From Eutreptiella sp. 'Long Island Sound 2002' (Eukaryota > Protista > Euglenida), in assembly GCA_964036045.1 (NCBI GenBank), contig OZ038378.1, forward strand, positions 190,650,001 to 190,714,000: a DNA stretch of 64,000 bases, read 5' to 3'. Both the position numbers and the translations under genes were made by a program. Under the pieces are notes generated by a model. It was given only the letters and a program-made list of their open reading frames with translations. It did not search any database and was not told the DNA's origin. Of the stretch, positions 61,421 to 64,000 are shown piece after piece; position 1 is the stretch's first letter; each line of letters begins with the position of its first letter.

Positions 61421-63990
61421 CACCGAGCTGGTGGAACCAGTCTTGGTTTTACCTTCCATCCACCGTACGCTGCTGGCGCACACCACCAAATCCGTGGCCA
61501 GACGCGGGTCCAATTTCCACCCTCGCGGGAGGCCAGGCGCCAGACGCAAGGGCGGCCCACCTGGCTGGGGCGGCAGGCCCGTGAACTCTCACCATGGGTA
61601 AGACCGTCCCCGTACGGGACACGGCAGGTCGGGAAATAGCAGCCCGGCTGGCCATTCGCCGAGGCCCGCTTCGCGAATTGCAGGTGTACCGTCCAGTTTG
61701 CCAACGCCCACCGTAGAGGCGGTACACGAACTCGTCCACGTCCTTCGTCCTTCGTGGGTGCCGACACCTTCCGTCACCCAAGATGGCACCAGGCATGTGG
61801 GGTAGAGGCAGGTAGGCCACTAGCCCATGGGCCCCAATGCGGGTAGTGCAGCCGCCGCCGCACGCAAGTACAGCATCCATTCTTCCCTCTTTCCGTTGCC
61901 CAACGCGGGCAATCCCATAGCATGTGGCACTCCGTCTCCACTCTCTGCCCTGGGCATTGGGACATACTTGTAAGAATGCTTTTCCCGCGGCGCCTGCGGC
62001 GCGCCCTGCGGCGCTGCGGCCAGTTTGGGAAACCCGCCTAATTTGTGGAGCTTTTTAGATTCCACCTTGTTGTGCTCCCCGGGGGGCTTGGGGCCCGGTT
62101 TTACCATATAGTATGGCCCTTTTATGTAGCCATATTGATCTCTCCCTACCATGGGGACCTCGAGAAGGCACGGATTATGTTACGGGGTGTCAACCCGGGG
62201 GCAGGGGTTAGGTAGCCACTATGCCCACATGTGGGCCATTTCTGATTTTGTCCCCGTGCTGAGCATTGGGAGCCATTGATTTGTCCCCAGTAGCGGGGGA
62301 CACTTGTTAAATGCAATCGTTAGCCCGCGGACAAGGGGCCCCTGGCGCGGGCCGCCGCCACCCACATTGAGCATTGTGTCCGATCCATCTACTCTCCAGG
62401 CGGAGCCGCTGGCCTTGCTGCGCTAGTGGAACAGTCTGCAATAAAACAGGTTTCTCAAACCCTGCGGCGCCTGCGGCGCACCTGCGGCGCGCAGAAAGTG
62501 TTCTCTGTGACCGATGCATGTGCTGCTTGCCTACCTGTGAGGCGGTCCATGTGGCACCGGTCAGCAACCCTCGAAGCATGGACAGCTATGTTTCCCTGCT
62601 GAATTGCTCCAATCCCGTGGTGCACCCGCGTCTGCCGATGGCGCGTACCAGCCATCCGAATGTGTGGGGTTGGCCTGCCTCAAGCTGTCACAATGCCGCA
62701 TGCGAGGCTGCCCTCAATGCGGTGTCAGAACAATTCCGGTCCTCCGCGACCAAGTTGAGCTCCTTGTGCTTGCTTGGCACTACCTACCGCCACTAGCAGC
62801 CTCCCAGCGGCGCCCACGCTGGCAACCAAGCCAGTTTGAGCGCTGCCAAATGGGCCGTGTAGCGGCGGAGATGCTCCGCACTCCCAAATCGCTTGCAGGA
62901 TGACTTGTGTGGCCCTGGGCACTCACGCAACCTTGGCTAGCCACCCAGTTGCTGATACTTGATGGGCATGACCGGGGACGTTCTATGCCCGGGAGATGGG
63001 AGGCAGCAAACGAACTCCTTTGCCCGACTTGGCCGCGTGGGTCTCCGGATGGCGCAAAGCGTCCGCATCTCCAGGCGGACTAGGTCCAAGTGTGATGCCT
63101 CCACTAGTTCCACACCGTGGAGTGCCGCCATCGCTAGCAAACTTGCGACCGCAGAGCAAGCGCCAAAAGATGTGGAAACAGCACCTCCTGTTGCTATGAC
63201 ATGGGCGTTGCTCTCGCAAGTGGTGGCGGGGGGGTAACCTCCCTCATCTAAGGTGCATGTGCATATTGATGGCATGAACGGCATGATGGCAAAAAGGCGT
63301 CAACTTGGAGATGAATCGACCCGGATTATGCCATTCTGCTAGGGGGGACTGTTCACCAAAAAGGTTTGGAACAAGACGGTAACGACTGGTGTCATTTCCC
63401 CATCTTCACAAACCCTCCTCCCTCTTTGTTGGTGACGCCATCCGTTGAGACCCAAACAAAACTCATGGATCCAAACCTCTTCCTGATCCTCAAGACAACG
63501 TGCCTGAAAGTGCCCAACCCTGGAACACAGCAGTGTCCATGTTTGTTGGCGCACAGGCACGATAACGGCCTCTAGCCGCTTCCGCTTGTCGTGTTGTTGT
63601 GTTCAAGGGGCGCATGGCAGTGGTCTTCCGGGCTAGACAGATGACAAAAGTCTCGCAGGTGGGGGGATAGATCACTCACAAGGGCATACAAGGAAGCTGG
63701 CATATGCGGCCAGTACACGCACAAGGCCATTTTCCAGTCAAGTTGGGCAAATTAGTTTGGCCGGCAGACAGACAGTGTGGACGGACCCTCTCCAGATCAC
63801 TGACCCTTTCGTAACAAAGACGTCCACAGGGACCTTCAAGACCCGGTTCCCTCAGAGGCAAGTTACTGCGGCACGGCGGAGGGGGGGGCGGGCAAAAGCT
63901 CAGCAAGTTTGCCGGTTGGGACCTCCGGATGTGCATAATTGTGACAGTTTTGGAGAGGAAGTTGCAGACACTGTTTGTCCCCAAACGGCT
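61421..63990 (-). mobile_element. Decayed non-LTR (LINE) retrotransposon: RT region, thumb and CCHC knuckle
   Basis: Fragments in element order: GKWP...LARKTTAMRPL; VLRIRKRFG; NGII; AALHGVE...RAKEFVCCLPSPGHRTSP; LRGLLTGATWT; CP...ETECHMLWDCPRWATER. Frameshifts, stops and a nested insertion at about 62000-62490. Confidence 0.8.
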
Positions 63991-64000
63991 GGGAACCGTA

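Overview
Eukaryotic, intron-rich and repeat-rich genomic DNA. A euglenid-type protist is my inference, from the GC-rich short exons, GT/GC-AG introns, abundant poly-G/poly-C tracts and 'ALAALKEA' leucine-rich repeats; the organism cannot be confirmed from this window. The dominant feature is one minus-strand gene (about 58150 to 21555) that I assembled by hand from 15-17 phase-compatible exons, with one junction unresolved. It encodes >=1000 aa resembling the polycystin-1 TM2-TM5 block, has a right-handed beta-helix (pectin-lyase-like) in the long TM3-TM4 loop, and stops right after TM5. Its introns hold a 6.6-kb, 47-bp hairpin satellite bracketed by twin (CACCA)n blocks, plus MITE-like and transposon remnants. 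A fold-back made of two convergent tRNA-like units lies just upstream of the 5'-most confident exon. Also present: a partial plus-strand multi-exon gene (1.5-4.8 kb), LRR pseudogene fragments, an inverted-repeat-bounded AT-rich island (12.2-16.8 kb), RNase H and RT remnants, and a decayed non-LTR retrotransposon ending in TTAGGG-type repeats. Most ORFs in the supplied track are repeat artefacts. All exon models are manual and need RNA-seq confirmation.
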